A stretch of DNA of 64,000 bases. Origin: Candidatus Pacearchaeota archaeon (lineage in GTDB: Archaea; Nanobdellota; Nanobdellia; Pacearchaeales; GW2011-AR1). The stretch is taken from contig JASFEO010000004.1 in the NCBI GenBank assembly GCA_050124795.1, positions 1,968-65,967 of the forward strand, written 5' to 3'. Shown one piece after another: positions 46,884 through 56,242 of this stretch. The notes below the pieces were generated by a model. That model was not told where the DNA came from. It made no database searches and was given only the letters and a program-made list of their open reading frames with translations. Position numbers and translations under genes: made by a program. The first letter of the stretch is position 1, and the number at the start of each line of letters is the position of its first letter.

Positions 46884-47612
46884 TTAATCCTTTACAAAAG
46901 AAACTTGCATGCGGAGTTCATCTTCCTCATCTTCCCATTCCTCCGTCTCATCGTTTGAAAATCCCGGAGATAAGTTTTCAACTAAACCTTCCATGTAATC
47001 TTTCGGAAGAGAATTCCCTTCTCTTGAAGCCATAATATACTCAACCAAATATTTGGAAATAGTCATTCTATCTTCATTAGAAAACCCAATTGAAACGTTG
47101 CCATTGCCCTCCTGAAAAGGAAATCCATCATAATTATAAACTAATTCCTTTACCAAATTCATTAAACCCTTTCTTGAACTAATTAAACTATCTTCGCATC
47201 TCCCATAACCCATAATAGCATCCAAAACCTCTGCAGAAGCATTTGCAGGAGTGCCGGTCTTCTCACTATAATTAACAGTTAATAAACATAAAATAGGTTT
47301 TATATCACTCATTGAAGGAATCACTTTTTGCTCTTCACAATTAGAACTAACTAATTCTTCAAGCAAATGAGGATTTTTACTTAAACTTTTATAAAAAACT
47401 AAAGCCTTTTCTCTGGGCAACCCTTCAACTATATTATTCCATTTACTAGAACCTTTCTTTAAAGAAACTTTTGCAAGACCATAAACCCTGTCAACATCAG
47501 GGGAGCAAAAACAAAAAAGCCTTTCATCTTTTCCTAAACTATCAAGCTGAGCATTTGCTAAGATATACTTTCCGTCAATAACTTTCCCTGCATAGTTTGT
47601 CTCTTTATCCAT
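46884..47612 (-). CDS. hypothetical protein with an acidic C-terminus
   Basis: 242-aa ORF. C-terminal DETEEWEDEEDE. No family recognised. Confidence 0.6.
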   Translation of the reverse strand: MDKETNYAGKVIDGKYILANAQLDSLGKDERLFCFCSPDVDRVYGLAKVSLKKGSSKWNNIVEGLPREKALVFYKSLSKNPHLLEELVSSNCEEQKVIPSMSDIKPILCLLTVNYSEKTGTPANASAEVLDAIMGYGRCEDSLISSRKGLMNLVKELVYNYDGFPFQEGNGNVSIGFSNEDRMTISKYLVEYIMASREGNSLPKDYMEGLVENLSPGFSNDETEEWEDEEDELRMQVSFVKD

Positions 47613-47675
47613 GATTTTATTAACAATAAAATCCAGAAATATTCCTATAGTCTCTAAAAAGAAAAACTCAAAATC

Positions 47676-47704
47676 AATTCAGGACCAAAGAAGTAGTCTG
47701 AATT
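47676..47704. repeat. hairpin motif copy B (AATTCAG-N15-CTGAATT)
   Basis: It shares AATTCAGG...CTGAATTAAA..TTGAAG with copy A, in the same orientation. Confidence 0.65.
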
Positions 47705-47827
47705 AAATTGAAGTATATTTAATCGCAAAGACCAGTCTAGGAATAATACAATTCCCTGGCAACATATGTCTCGCATTCATGTTACTACTATGCAAAGGAA
47801 GTTTAAATATATTTCGGTATTAAAATT

Positions 47828-48865
47828 TTAGGATTCTTTTCTGAATAATTCCTTAAACTTCTCCCAATCACCAATATTCACTCTCGCGCCAACAGCCTCT
47901 TCATGCCCCCCGCCGGTTGCATTATCTAATTTTTTAACTACACTTAAAATTTTCTCCTTAACATTTTTCCCGCGAATAGAAACATTCACCTTCGCCCCCC
48001 CCATATACCCGACAACAATTGTCTTACTGGGGAACTTTTGCTTGAGCGCATTTGCAACTTCACTTGAAATACTCATGTCCCCCCCATACTCAAAAAATAA
48101 AATCTTATCATTCGCCCTTGCAGCATCAACCCCTTTCTCAATTAACTTAACAAACTTCTTGTTTATTTCATTAAACCTTCTGTGCATAAAATAATTTTTA
48201 GAATTCTCCTCGAGAACATCATAAGGACTTTTCACTTTCATTAAAAATTTCAACATACCAACAACATTGCTTGTCTTATCTTTCAGACCTGCCCCAAAAA
48301 TCTTCGCCACTTTTCCAATTTCAGAAGTATAATAAATATCAAGTGCATTATCTGAATCAATTGTCAAATCAGGATTAGTTTTTTTAAACTCTTCATAAAA
48401 AGGAGGAACAAATGCATCAGCAATGCACCCTGCAACTGCAATCCACAAGTCTTCTTTTTTTCCTGAAACCTGATAGCAAAATAACGAAGTCGCCTCATAA
48501 TCTTTCTTCCCCAGCGACGGATTAAAATAAAAAACATTTTCCCTTTTCTTTGGCTTTCCCATATCATGATGATCAATCCAAACAATCGGAATATTAACCT
48601 GCCGTGCCTCCCTGAAAAACTCATCTGCCACATCAGGCTTATCCAAAATAAAAATATAATCTGCATTTAATTCATTTGCCCGCCGAAAATATTCCTTTGT
48701 CAAACCCGGAAAAGATTTTATTGCGACACCTTTCCCCCTCTCGATAAACCTCTGCAAAAGCAAAAAACTGCACAACCCATCCTGATCATTATCAAAAAAG
48801 AAAACAGGATTTTGCGCCCTCTCCAAATGCTCGCGAATTTCCTTAACTTGTTTTTGCGTTAACAT
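47828..48865 (-). CDS. DHH/DHHA1 phosphoesterase (RecJ/GAN-like or nanoRNase/c-di-AMP phosphodiesterase-like)
   Basis: DNDQDG (motif I), IDHHD (DHH) and GGGHEEAVGA (DHHA1 GGGH). Confidence 0.8.
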   Translation of the reverse strand: MLTQKQVKEIREHLERAQNPVFFFDNDQDGLCSFLLLQRFIERGKGVAIKSFPGLTKEYFRRANELNADYIFILDKPDVADEFFREARQVNIPIVWIDHHDMGKPKKRENVFYFNPSLGKKDYEATSLFCYQVSGKKEDLWIAVAGCIADAFVPPFYEEFKKTNPDLTIDSDNALDIYYTSEIGKVAKIFGAGLKDKTSNVVGMLKFLMKVKSPYDVLEENSKNYFMHRRFNEINKKFVKLIEKGVDAARANDKILFFEYGGDMSISSEVANALKQKFPSKTIVVGYMGGAKVNVSIRGKNVKEKILSVVKKLDNATGGGHEEAVGARVNIGDWEKFKELFRKES

Positions 48866-48889
48866 AAAAAAGAAAACAGGATTAGATAT

Positions 48890-49368
48890 TTAAGGGTTTG
48901 TATGAAACTTATTCCACTCTTTATAAAAATCTGATAAACCAGAAACAAATTCATTCAATGCTTCAAAAGCTTTATATTCAGGAGTAGAAGCATCATAAGA
49001 TTTATTAAAGGATAATTTAGAAGAATCAGAATCATCACTTGGACCTTTTTCTCCAGTATTAACCCATGTATCATTTGTTTAACAAATAATTCCTGATGAT
49101 ATTCTTTACTGACTCCAATCCTAACAAAGGTCTCTCCTTCAATCACTTCCTCAAGTACCATCTTTCCAGCCCCATCAAGACTATGGCATTTTGCAGAATA
49201 TTCAAAACTACTATAATGATTATGCTTTGCTAAATCAATCCTTAATCCTCCAAAACGCGCCTTGAGAATTGGAATTTTATTAACAACCCCTAATGTTTCT
49301 TCCGGGGGAAAAGGCACATATTCACTAAGTTCATTTAATGTCATGCCAGATAAAAAATAATCCCCCAT
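48890..49368 (-). pseudogene. hypothetical protein, apparently frameshifted
   Basis: Frame A (track ORF 48955-49368) degenerates into a low-complexity tail after ..SKEYHQELFVKQ. A second frame reads plausibly (TNDTWVNTGEKGPSDDSDSSKLSF..YKEWNKFHTNP) down to a stop at 48890. The junction is at about 49066-49082. Confidence 0.5.
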
Positions 49369-49421
49369 ATAAATATTATTATACTCAAAAACAAAATTAA
49401 AATTTCCTCACAGGAAATTTT

Positions 49422-50510
49422 TTATAAATTCTTCCCAACTAAAATCTTTTCTTTAATTGAATCTAGATTCTGCTTGAAAAATTTAACCAAACTCTCATCA
49501 TTAAAAACCTCCATTAAAGCTTCCTTATCCAAAGAAAAGATTTTATCCAAAGTTTTATATTTATTCAAAAGTAAAGCAATCTTGTCTTCCTCAAGACCTG
49601 TCTTTGACAAAAGCCTTTTTCCATTCGGAGTAATTGGCTTGTCCTGCGCCTCATTAAAAAAATCCTTCATTATATTTGAAGTTTCAAGAAGTAAATCAAA
49701 ATTCATTTCCTTTAACCCATTATCAACTTTTTTAACATCAGGAAAATAATCACTTAAAATCATTTCCCTCTCATGTGTCAAATGCCTTGTCAATTCCTGC
49801 AGCCGCATTGAAACAATAATTCCCTCCTTACCAAGTTCAACTAAATATCTTTTTACACTCTCAGCAATTCGTCTGATTGTTTCCATCTCCCTCATAATTT
49901 TCGCAATATCACTTGTTGTAACCAAGTTATTCATTTCCAAAAGGTTCAACGGATACAATAAATCATTAAAAATATCTTTTTGCTTTTCCAAAATCTGCAA
50001 AGTCTCAGCAGCGCGGCGCAAAATTTCAGAAGTCTCCTCTAAAACATATTTTGAATTACCATAATAAACAGTCACCTTGTTTTTCCTCTCAGAAACAGCA
50101 ACGACAATTGCATTAAACTGTTTTGCAGTTCTCTCAGCCGCCTTGTGTCTTGTCCCGGTTTCCTTTGTTGAAATTGAAATGCTCGGACTCAAAAGAGTAT
50201 TTGCATAAATAATTTTTTTCAAATTCTCAGACAAAACTGTTGCCCCGTCCATTTTGCACAATTCAACAAGCCTCTGCGGACTAAACTTGCAATTAACCCT
50301 AAAACCTCCCTCGACAATTGAAGAAACTTTTTCATTTCCAACAACAATCAAAGCACCCATTCTCGCGCGCATCAAATCATCAAGTGCAATTCTAACACTT
50401 GTTCCCGGAGCAAAAAGTTTCAAAACTTCAACAAGTTCAATTTCCCTGACCTGCTCTTCATCAGACTTAACATCTTTACCAAGACTTTCAGTTAATATTT
50501 TATTCTTCAT
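49422..50510 (-). CDS. disA: DisA-type diadenylate cyclase (DAC domain plus C-terminal HhH-like domain)
   Basis: GALIVVG, DGATVL and GTRHKAAERTAKQ (DGA / RHR DAC motifs), a long helical linker and a C-terminal HhH-like region. Confidence 0.8.
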   Translation of the reverse strand: MKNKILTESLGKDVKSDEEQVREIELVEVLKLFAPGTSVRIALDDLMRARMGALIVVGNEKVSSIVEGGFRVNCKFSPQRLVELCKMDGATVLSENLKKIIYANTLLSPSISISTKETGTRHKAAERTAKQFNAIVVAVSERKNKVTVYYGNSKYVLEETSEILRRAAETLQILEKQKDIFNDLLYPLNLLEMNNLVTTSDIAKIMREMETIRRIAESVKRYLVELGKEGIIVSMRLQELTRHLTHEREMILSDYFPDVKKVDNGLKEMNFDLLLETSNIMKDFFNEAQDKPITPNGKRLLSKTGLEEDKIALLLNKYKTLDKIFSLDKEALMEVFNDESLVKFFKQNLDSIKEKILVGKNL

Positions 50511-50684
50511 AAAAAAACAAAACTCATCAACTATATAAATTTTTAGTAGTAAAAAAAGAAAAATTACAAAATTAAAATATTAAATTATCTAATGCGGCCA
50601 TTAAATTTTTATAAAATGCAAATTTTCTTTCATATACTCCACAACAAAAATCTTTTTAAATAAAAATCAACCTATATTTTCACA

Positions 50685-50885
50685 ATGAATAAATGGATTG
50701 AATTATTGCTTGGATTGATTCTGGTCAACGGAGTAATCCTCCTTGTATGGTATTCTGCTGAATGGGGAAGTTTCTGGAACTTTCGTCACGCTGCATGGGA
50801 ATTCCTAAAAGGCGGAGCAGTCTGGTTTGTCTTAATGATCGGACTACTTTTCATAATGCTCGGAATCAGCGACCTAAAAGAATAA
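50685..50885 (+). CDS. small two-TM membrane protein
   Basis: 66-aa ORF with two hydrophobic helices. Confidence 0.45.
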   Translation: MNKWIELLLGLILVNGVILLVWYSAEWGSFWNFRHAAWEFLKGGAVWFVLMIGLLFIMLGISDLKE

Positions 50886-50921
50886 ACATATTTAATTTTT
50901 ATATTAGTTTATTTTAGATTT

Positions 50922-51673
50922 CTATTTAGAAATTTTCCAAAGACTTTCAAAAAAAGAAACAAATTGTTTTGCGATTGTTTTTGAAGTAATTACAATAATG
51001 CTTGGATTTTCCCAGTTTATTATATAAGTTTTGTTATCAATAATAATTATCGGAGCAAGGTCAAACCCTTTCAAAAATCTAAAATTAAAATTCTTAAAAT
51101 AACTTTTCTTCATTTTTTTCAACATTGCAACTGACTCATTTGAAACATCCGCAACAATTACTCTTGACTTTGCTTGTTTTTTATTTACAATAACTGAAAA
51201 CTGCTCCCACATTAAATTAATCTGCTCACTTCTAAAACCACTAACACCAAAATGCAAATGCTCTGAATTTTTCTTCATTGAATTCGCAGCATCAAAAAGC
51301 ACATTCCTAATCCCACTAAAACCCATAAAAATTTCAGCAGAATAATCTTCTTTTTTTCGCCTAATTTTTTTAACTCAGGGATTATCTTTCCAACCTCTTT
51401 TTCTTTTTCCTGAATTTCCTTTTTCTTTTTTGCAATATATTCTTTTAACTTTTCAGGATTCAAGGCAGAAAAGTGTTTTACATTATTTTTCAAAATATAC
51501 CCCGCAAGACCCTTGTCAATCAACTTATCAAGAACCTCATAAATTTTCCCGCTTGAAATCTTTGCATTGCTAACGATTTTTCCAGTAGCTGACTGCCCGA
51601 TTTTCAAAAGAGTAGTATAAACTAGTATTTCAGAATTTGTTAAACCTATTCCTTCAAGTTCTTTATATTTCAT
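50922..51673 (-). pseudogene. TrmB-family regulator split by a frameshift at an A7 run
   Basis: The N-terminal wHTH ORF (51275-51673) and the TrmB C-domain ORF (50922-51326) overlap in different frames. One extra A in the run (complement of T7 51351-51357) gives ..KKLGEKKEDYSAEIFMGFSGIRNV... Confidence 0.7.
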
Positions 51674-51769
51674 AAAAAAATAGAATTTAATTGATTATTT
51701 AAGTTTTGTTATTACTTCCTACTTAGAGGGAGGTAATGTTTAAGAGAATAATTTATGATAATAAAATAA

Positions 51770-53122
51770 ATGACAGAAACAATATTTGCACAAACAGGAA
51801 TCATAGATGTTTTATTGCTTTTAGCTTACTTTGCAGTTATGCTCGCAATAGGATTCTTTAATTCAAAAAAGAAAACTAATGATTCTTATTTAATAGCAGA
51901 CAGAAAAGCGGGAGCTCCCACTATCGGAGCAAGCCTCAGTGCAGGATTTGTCGGGGGAGGAACTCTTTTAGTTACAGCGACTTTAACATTTTTCTATGGT
52001 TTTGGCGCAATGTGGTTGTATATCGGACTTGCTGCGGGATTTCTTATTTTTCCTTTCTTTTTTAGAAAGATAAAAAAGGAAAATTATTACACACTATCAG
52101 ATTATGTCTATGATAAACTTGGAGGAAAAAATCAAATTCTTGTAACACTTATGATTTTTGTAGTATACTTTGCATACATTTTAAGCCAGATAATCGCCTT
52201 GGGAAAAGCTGTTGAATTTGTATTGCAAATTCCATATATTCTCTCCATTGGGATCGTTTCTATAATAATTCTCATATATCTTATTTTAGGGGGGTTCAAG
52301 TCAGTGCTTAAAACTGATTTATTCCAGTATGGATTGCTACTTGTTCTTTTCACCGTATTAGTATTTGCTTTTTTCAATGGAGGAACTATATCTGCAAATG
52401 AACTTAATTTATTTAATTTAGATATTGTAAATATTATCGCTCTGACATTATTTGGTTTCATTTCTGTTTTTGTTTTAGGGGAAGTATGGCAGAGAGGCTT
52501 TGCTGCAAAAGACGAAAAAACAATGATGAAGGGATTTTTCATAGCAGCATTAATTATGATTGTGCTTGGAGCTTCATTGGTGATTGTTGGTTTTAATGCA
52601 AAAAATTCAAGTGTGGATGTATCCCAAATGGCTCAGGATGCTTTTTTCTATGGTTTCGAGGGAATCCTTCCTTTTGGATTAAGCAGTATTGTTGTAATAT
52701 TAATTCTGGTATCTGTGATGTCAACATTAGACACTTCTATATTTCTCACATCAATGAATATTTCAAATGATATTTTATACAAGTTCGGCATTATCAGAAA
52801 AGATCAGCTTCAGCTGGTGTGCAAGATTTCTATGATAATGATTACTATAATTGGAATTTTGCTATCCTTGTTTATCGAAGATATGGGTTCTGTTGTTTAT
52901 AATATCGTTGCCATGATGCTGATATTTTTCCCTGCTGTTATTCTTTCAAGATTTATAAATATCCCTCGCGCCATTGTTTTTAGAAATATCATTCTTGGAC
53001 TTTTGGTATTCATCATTATGTATATAATGGGAATGTTTAATTATGTTACTGCGCTTATTCCTTCGCTGGTGGCGCTTGTTCATATTTCAATAGAATTGGG
53101 AATAAGAAAGATTTTTGTTTGA
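51770..53122 (+). CDS. sodium:solute symporter family transporter
   Basis: About 12-13 TMs. The N-terminal YLIADRKAGAPTIGASLSAGFVGGGTLL is typical of the SSF family. Confidence 0.6.
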   Translation: MTETIFAQTGIIDVLLLLAYFAVMLAIGFFNSKKKTNDSYLIADRKAGAPTIGASLSAGFVGGGTLLVTATLTFFYGFGAMWLYIGLAAGFLIFPFFFRKIKKENYYTLSDYVYDKLGGKNQILVTLMIFVVYFAYILSQIIALGKAVEFVLQIPYILSIGIVSIIILIYLILGGFKSVLKTDLFQYGLLLVLFTVLVFAFFNGGTISANELNLFNLDIVNIIALTLFGFISVFVLGEVWQRGFAAKDEKTMMKGFFIAALIMIVLGASLVIVGFNAKNSSVDVSQMAQDAFFYGFEGILPFGLSSIVVILILVSVMSTLDTSIFLTSMNISNDILYKFGIIRKDQLQLVCKISMIMITIIGILLSLFIEDMGSVVYNIVAMMLIFFPAVILSRFINIPRAIVFRNIILGLLVFIIMYIMGMFNYVTALIPSLVALVHISIELGIRKIFV

Positions 53123-53233
53123 TTTGATATTCTACTTTATCCCTAAGGAATAATCTGAATAATTATTATTACTCCAAACTAACTCAACTTTTAATAAAAA
53201 TAAAAAAGATAAAAAAACAAAAAAATAAATTAT

Positions 53234-53419
53234 TTATTTAACTGCATTATACAAAGCATAAATACCGCAAAGACCAACAACAAGGTAAACTACCATTGCA
53301 ACAGTCTCTCCTGCCCAACTGCCAATTAAAGCATCAACAGCATTCCAGCCAAGTGCATCAAGCCCCCAGTTGATAGCTCCGATTGCAGCTAAAATCAAAG
53401 CAGTTTTTTCATACCACAT
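53234..53419 (-). CDS. DUF378 small membrane protein
   Basis: 61 aa. AAIGAINWGLDALGWNAVDALIG matches the DUF378 signature. Confidence 0.6.
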   Translation of the reverse strand: MWYEKTALILAAIGAINWGLDALGWNAVDALIGSWAGETVAMVVYLVVGLCGIYALYNAVK

Positions 53420-53539
53420 TTTACACCTCCTTTTCTCGAATTTTATTACTTAAAATAAGTAAACCCACTATATAAAATTAACTTTTTATAAAAAATTAAA
53501 ATTATTAATAATATTGTTTACAATAAAAATTAAAAATTT

Positions 53540-54130
53540 CTAAATTAAACTTCCTTCAATAATCGCAGCAATAACTAAAAGCGGGATGACAATAAAAACA
53601 AAAACCCTCAAAGAATTCCAAAAATATTTTCTAAATGCTTCACTCTTGTTTGTTTGTAAAACAAAACTTGCTAATTTAAAACCAAGTGAAAGTGAAATAA
53701 AAACAGCAGGCAATTCAAAAATTCCATGAGGAAGAAGTCTCAACAAAATTCCTAAACCTCCTTCTCTAACTGCAATTGAAGAAACAAACCCCAAAATATA
53801 TCCATTGCCAATTGTATAAATCAAAGGAAAAATTCCAAACAATACCCCAAGGACAACACCAAAAAAACTAACCTGCAAATTATTTAAAAAAATAAATTTA
53901 ATTAATTCAAAAGAATTCATGCCTTCAGTCTCAAGCAAAAGTTGTTTTATATAATCTTTGATTACATCCTGAACTTCAATTGGAGCAGGAACAAAATATC
54001 CAATAAAAACAAAAACAAAAAAAAGCAAAATTGTGAAATAAAAAAACTTCCCTGACTCTTTTAAAAAATTCCATGACAATTCATATTGCTCTTTCAAACT
54101 AAATTTTTTCTTTCCTCTTTTCTTTTTCAT
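53540..54130 (-). CDS. SpoIIM-like (DUF95) membrane protein
   Basis: LLPHGIFELPAVFISLSLG motif and a 5-TM layout. Confidence 0.6.
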   Translation of the reverse strand: MKKKRGKKKFSLKEQYELSWNFLKESGKFFYFTILLFFVFVFIGYFVPAPIEVQDVIKDYIKQLLLETEGMNSFELIKFIFLNNLQVSFFGVVLGVLFGIFPLIYTIGNGYILGFVSSIAVREGGLGILLRLLPHGIFELPAVFISLSLGFKLASFVLQTNKSEAFRKYFWNSLRVFVFIVIPLLVIAAIIEGSLI

Positions 54131-54211
54131 ATTTTCATTAACTTTTCTGGATATATAAATTTATTGAGGAAAAAATAAAAACATTTTTATATTATTTTTA
54201 ATTATAATTAA

Positions 54212-54553
54212 ATGGGTTATAAATTATATACTGTTGAAGAATTGCTTGAAGGGAATTTTGCAAATGAATTAGTTAAAGTTAAAGGAATTGCGCGGGGAAT
54301 TGTCTCAAAAAAAGAAAAAATTTGCTGTTATCTCGAGGATAATAAAAATTTTCTTCCAGTCTATGGAAGAACAGGAATTGAAATTCAAAATGCCATATTC
54401 AAACCAATATTAAGTTTATTAAAAACTTCTTCAGAATCCGGATTGAAAATATTAATAAAAGGAATATATACCTCAATGGGTTACGAAGGTCATCCAGGAA
54501 CCTTAATTATTCACCAGGTAAAATTAAAAAATGTAAGCGCGCGAACTGATTAA
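54212..54553 (+). CDS. hypothetical protein
   Basis: 113-aa ORF. No motif recognised. Confidence 0.5.
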   Translation: MGYKLYTVEELLEGNFANELVKVKGIARGIVSKKEKICCYLEDNKNFLPVYGRTGIEIQNAIFKPILSLLKTSSESGLKILIKGIYTSMGYEGHPGTLIIHQVKLKNVSARTD

Positions 54554-54583
54554 AAGTTTCATTTTAATTTAGAAAATTTTTTA

Positions 54584-55255
54584 CTAACTAAACCTCTTTG
54601 AAATCATCTTAACTTTATTTGGAAACTTTCCTTGTAAATAAATTCCATAAACTAATCCTGCAACTAGTCCTCCAAGATGCGCAGTATTGCCAATTCCAAC
54701 ATTTGCAGTTACAGAAATCAACCATAAAATAAACAACAACCCTGGAATTGCATATTTTGCTTTTATTGGAATTGGAATAAACATTACATAAAGCGGCAAG
54801 TTAGGAGTAAGCATAACCATTAAACCTGCAACTCCAAACAATGCACCACTTGCTCCGACTGCAAAAGTATTAAAATCATTTTGAAAAATCAAACTCGACA
54901 AAACAAAAAAGATTCCTGCAAATAATCCTGAAAAAATATAAAACCATAAATATCTTTTTCTTCCCAAAATTTTTTCAATTAATGAACCAATAAAAAACAA
55001 TGAAAACATATTTGCAAAAATATGAAAAAAACCCCCATGCATAAACATGCTTGTTAAAAAAGTCCAAAGATATTTTCCACCTAAAATATTCGACGGTTTC
55101 AAAGCAATAAAATCAAGATAATTCACATCAATAAAAAGCAAAATCGTAAACAAAACAAAACATGCAATATTAATTAAAATTAGATTTATTGTTACACTAA
55201 AACCAGAAAAAAAATTTCCCTTTCTCTTTGGATAAATTTGATAAACACCTTTCAT
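54584..55255 (-). CDS. rhomboid intramembrane serine protease
   Basis: HGGFFHIFANM, GASGALFGV (GxSG) and AHLGGLVAG. Confidence 0.85.
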   Translation of the reverse strand: MKGVYQIYPKRKGNFFSGFSVTINLILINIACFVLFTILLFIDVNYLDFIALKPSNILGGKYLWTFLTSMFMHGGFFHIFANMFSLFFIGSLIEKILGRKRYLWFYIFSGLFAGIFFVLSSLIFQNDFNTFAVGASGALFGVAGLMVMLTPNLPLYVMFIPIPIKAKYAIPGLLFILWLISVTANVGIGNTAHLGGLVAGLVYGIYLQGKFPNKVKMISKRFS

Positions 55256-55265
55256 TTAATTTTAA

Positions 55266-56096
55266 TTATTTTTTCTTAACAACTTTTTTCTTTGCTGATT
55301 TTTTCTTAGGAGTTTTCTTTTTTGCAACTTTTCTCTTAACCACTTTCTTTTTAGCGACCTTCTTTTTTGCAACTTTTTTCTTTGCTGATTTTTTCTTAGG
55401 AGTTTTCTTTTTTACGGTTTTCTTTTTTACAACTTTTTTCTTGGAAGTTTTTTTCTCAATTTTTTTCTTTGCAGCCCTCTTTAAAGCAGCTGCCTTTCTT
55501 TTCTCTGCCTTCTTTTTTTCTTTTTCCTTTTTTTCTTTTGCAATCTCTTTTTCTTTTTGCTTTTCAATTAAACTCTTTTCTTTTTCTAGCTCTTCATTAA
55601 GTTCTGAAAGTTTTTTTTCTAACTTTCCCACATTCCTGTTAAGCTCATTTAAAACCCTTGAATTATCCTTAACAGAAAAAAGCTCTCCGCATTCAGGGCA
55701 GGCAAATTCATAAAGCAAAGCATTCTCCTCGTTAAACTCAATGCTGCATCTCCCACAAATATAAAACATTTTCCCGGACCTGTTTTTTATTTGCTGATTT
55801 AATTGACTTATTCTTTTTATTAAAGCTGTCTGCAAAAATTCAAGCGCCTTTAAATTTTCAACTTTCCAAAAATAAGTATACCAGCCTTTTCGCTTGTCTT
55901 TTTTCCTTGTATGAGAAACAAGCCCGTGCTCAATCAGCCGGTACAAAATATTTCTAACCTGGTTAACAGTTATGCCCATTTTTTTAGCAATCAAAAATTC
56001 ATTCATATATTTCTTTCCGTCGAGAAATTCGATTATCTCGCCCGCCGGCTTTCCGACAATAATCACAAAAGACTCTTTGATAAATTTATCCTGCAT
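55266..56096 (-). CDS. tfe: transcription factor E (TFE/TFIIE-alpha-like) fused to a long Lys-rich repetitive tail
   Basis: N-terminal wHTH (MNEFLIAKKMGITVNQVRNILYRL..KGWYTYFW). Zn ribbon (CGRC...CPEC). C-terminal ~100 aa of KKK(V/T/S)(A/P/V)KKK repeats. Confidence 0.7.
   Translation of the reverse strand: MQDKFIKESFVIIVGKPAGEIIEFLDGKKYMNEFLIAKKMGITVNQVRNILYRLIEHGLVSHTRKKDKRKGWYTYFWKVENLKALEFLQTALIKRISQLNQQIKNRSGKMFYICGRCSIEFNEENALLYEFACPECGELFSVKDNSRVLNELNRNVGKLEKKLSELNEELEKEKSLIEKQKEKEIAKEKKEKEKKKAEKRKAAALKRAAKKKIEKKTSKKKVVKKKTVKKKTPKKKSAKKKVAKKKVAKKKVVKRKVAKKKTPKKKSAKKKVVKKK
55280..55413. repeat. perfect 44-nt direct repeat, period 90 nt (55280-55323 and 55370-55413), inside the TFE tail coding region
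   Basis: CAACTTTTTTCTTTGCTGATTTTTTCTTAGGAGTTTTCTTTTTT occurs twice. Confidence 0.9.
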
Positions 56097-56242
56097 CTTA
56101 AATATAATCTATTTTTTAGTTTTAAAAAACTTTTCTTTAAAATATCTTTCAGTTTGTTAATCATAAAACAATAAAACGTCGAAGGATTTTTAAACTATAT
56201 TGTTTAATTATATATATTAAAAAATATATATTAAAAAGTAAA

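Noticed and set aside
55280-55413. Regularly spaced direct repeat as a possible CRISPR fragment
   Set aside because: There are only two copies, they lie inside a coding region that translates into in-frame K-rich repeats, and no cas genes are present.
55228-55713. 161-aa Phe-rich plus-strand ORF
   Set aside because: It is the antisense shadow of the poly-lysine (AAR) tail of TFE. Poly-Phe/Leu low complexity is not credible as a protein.
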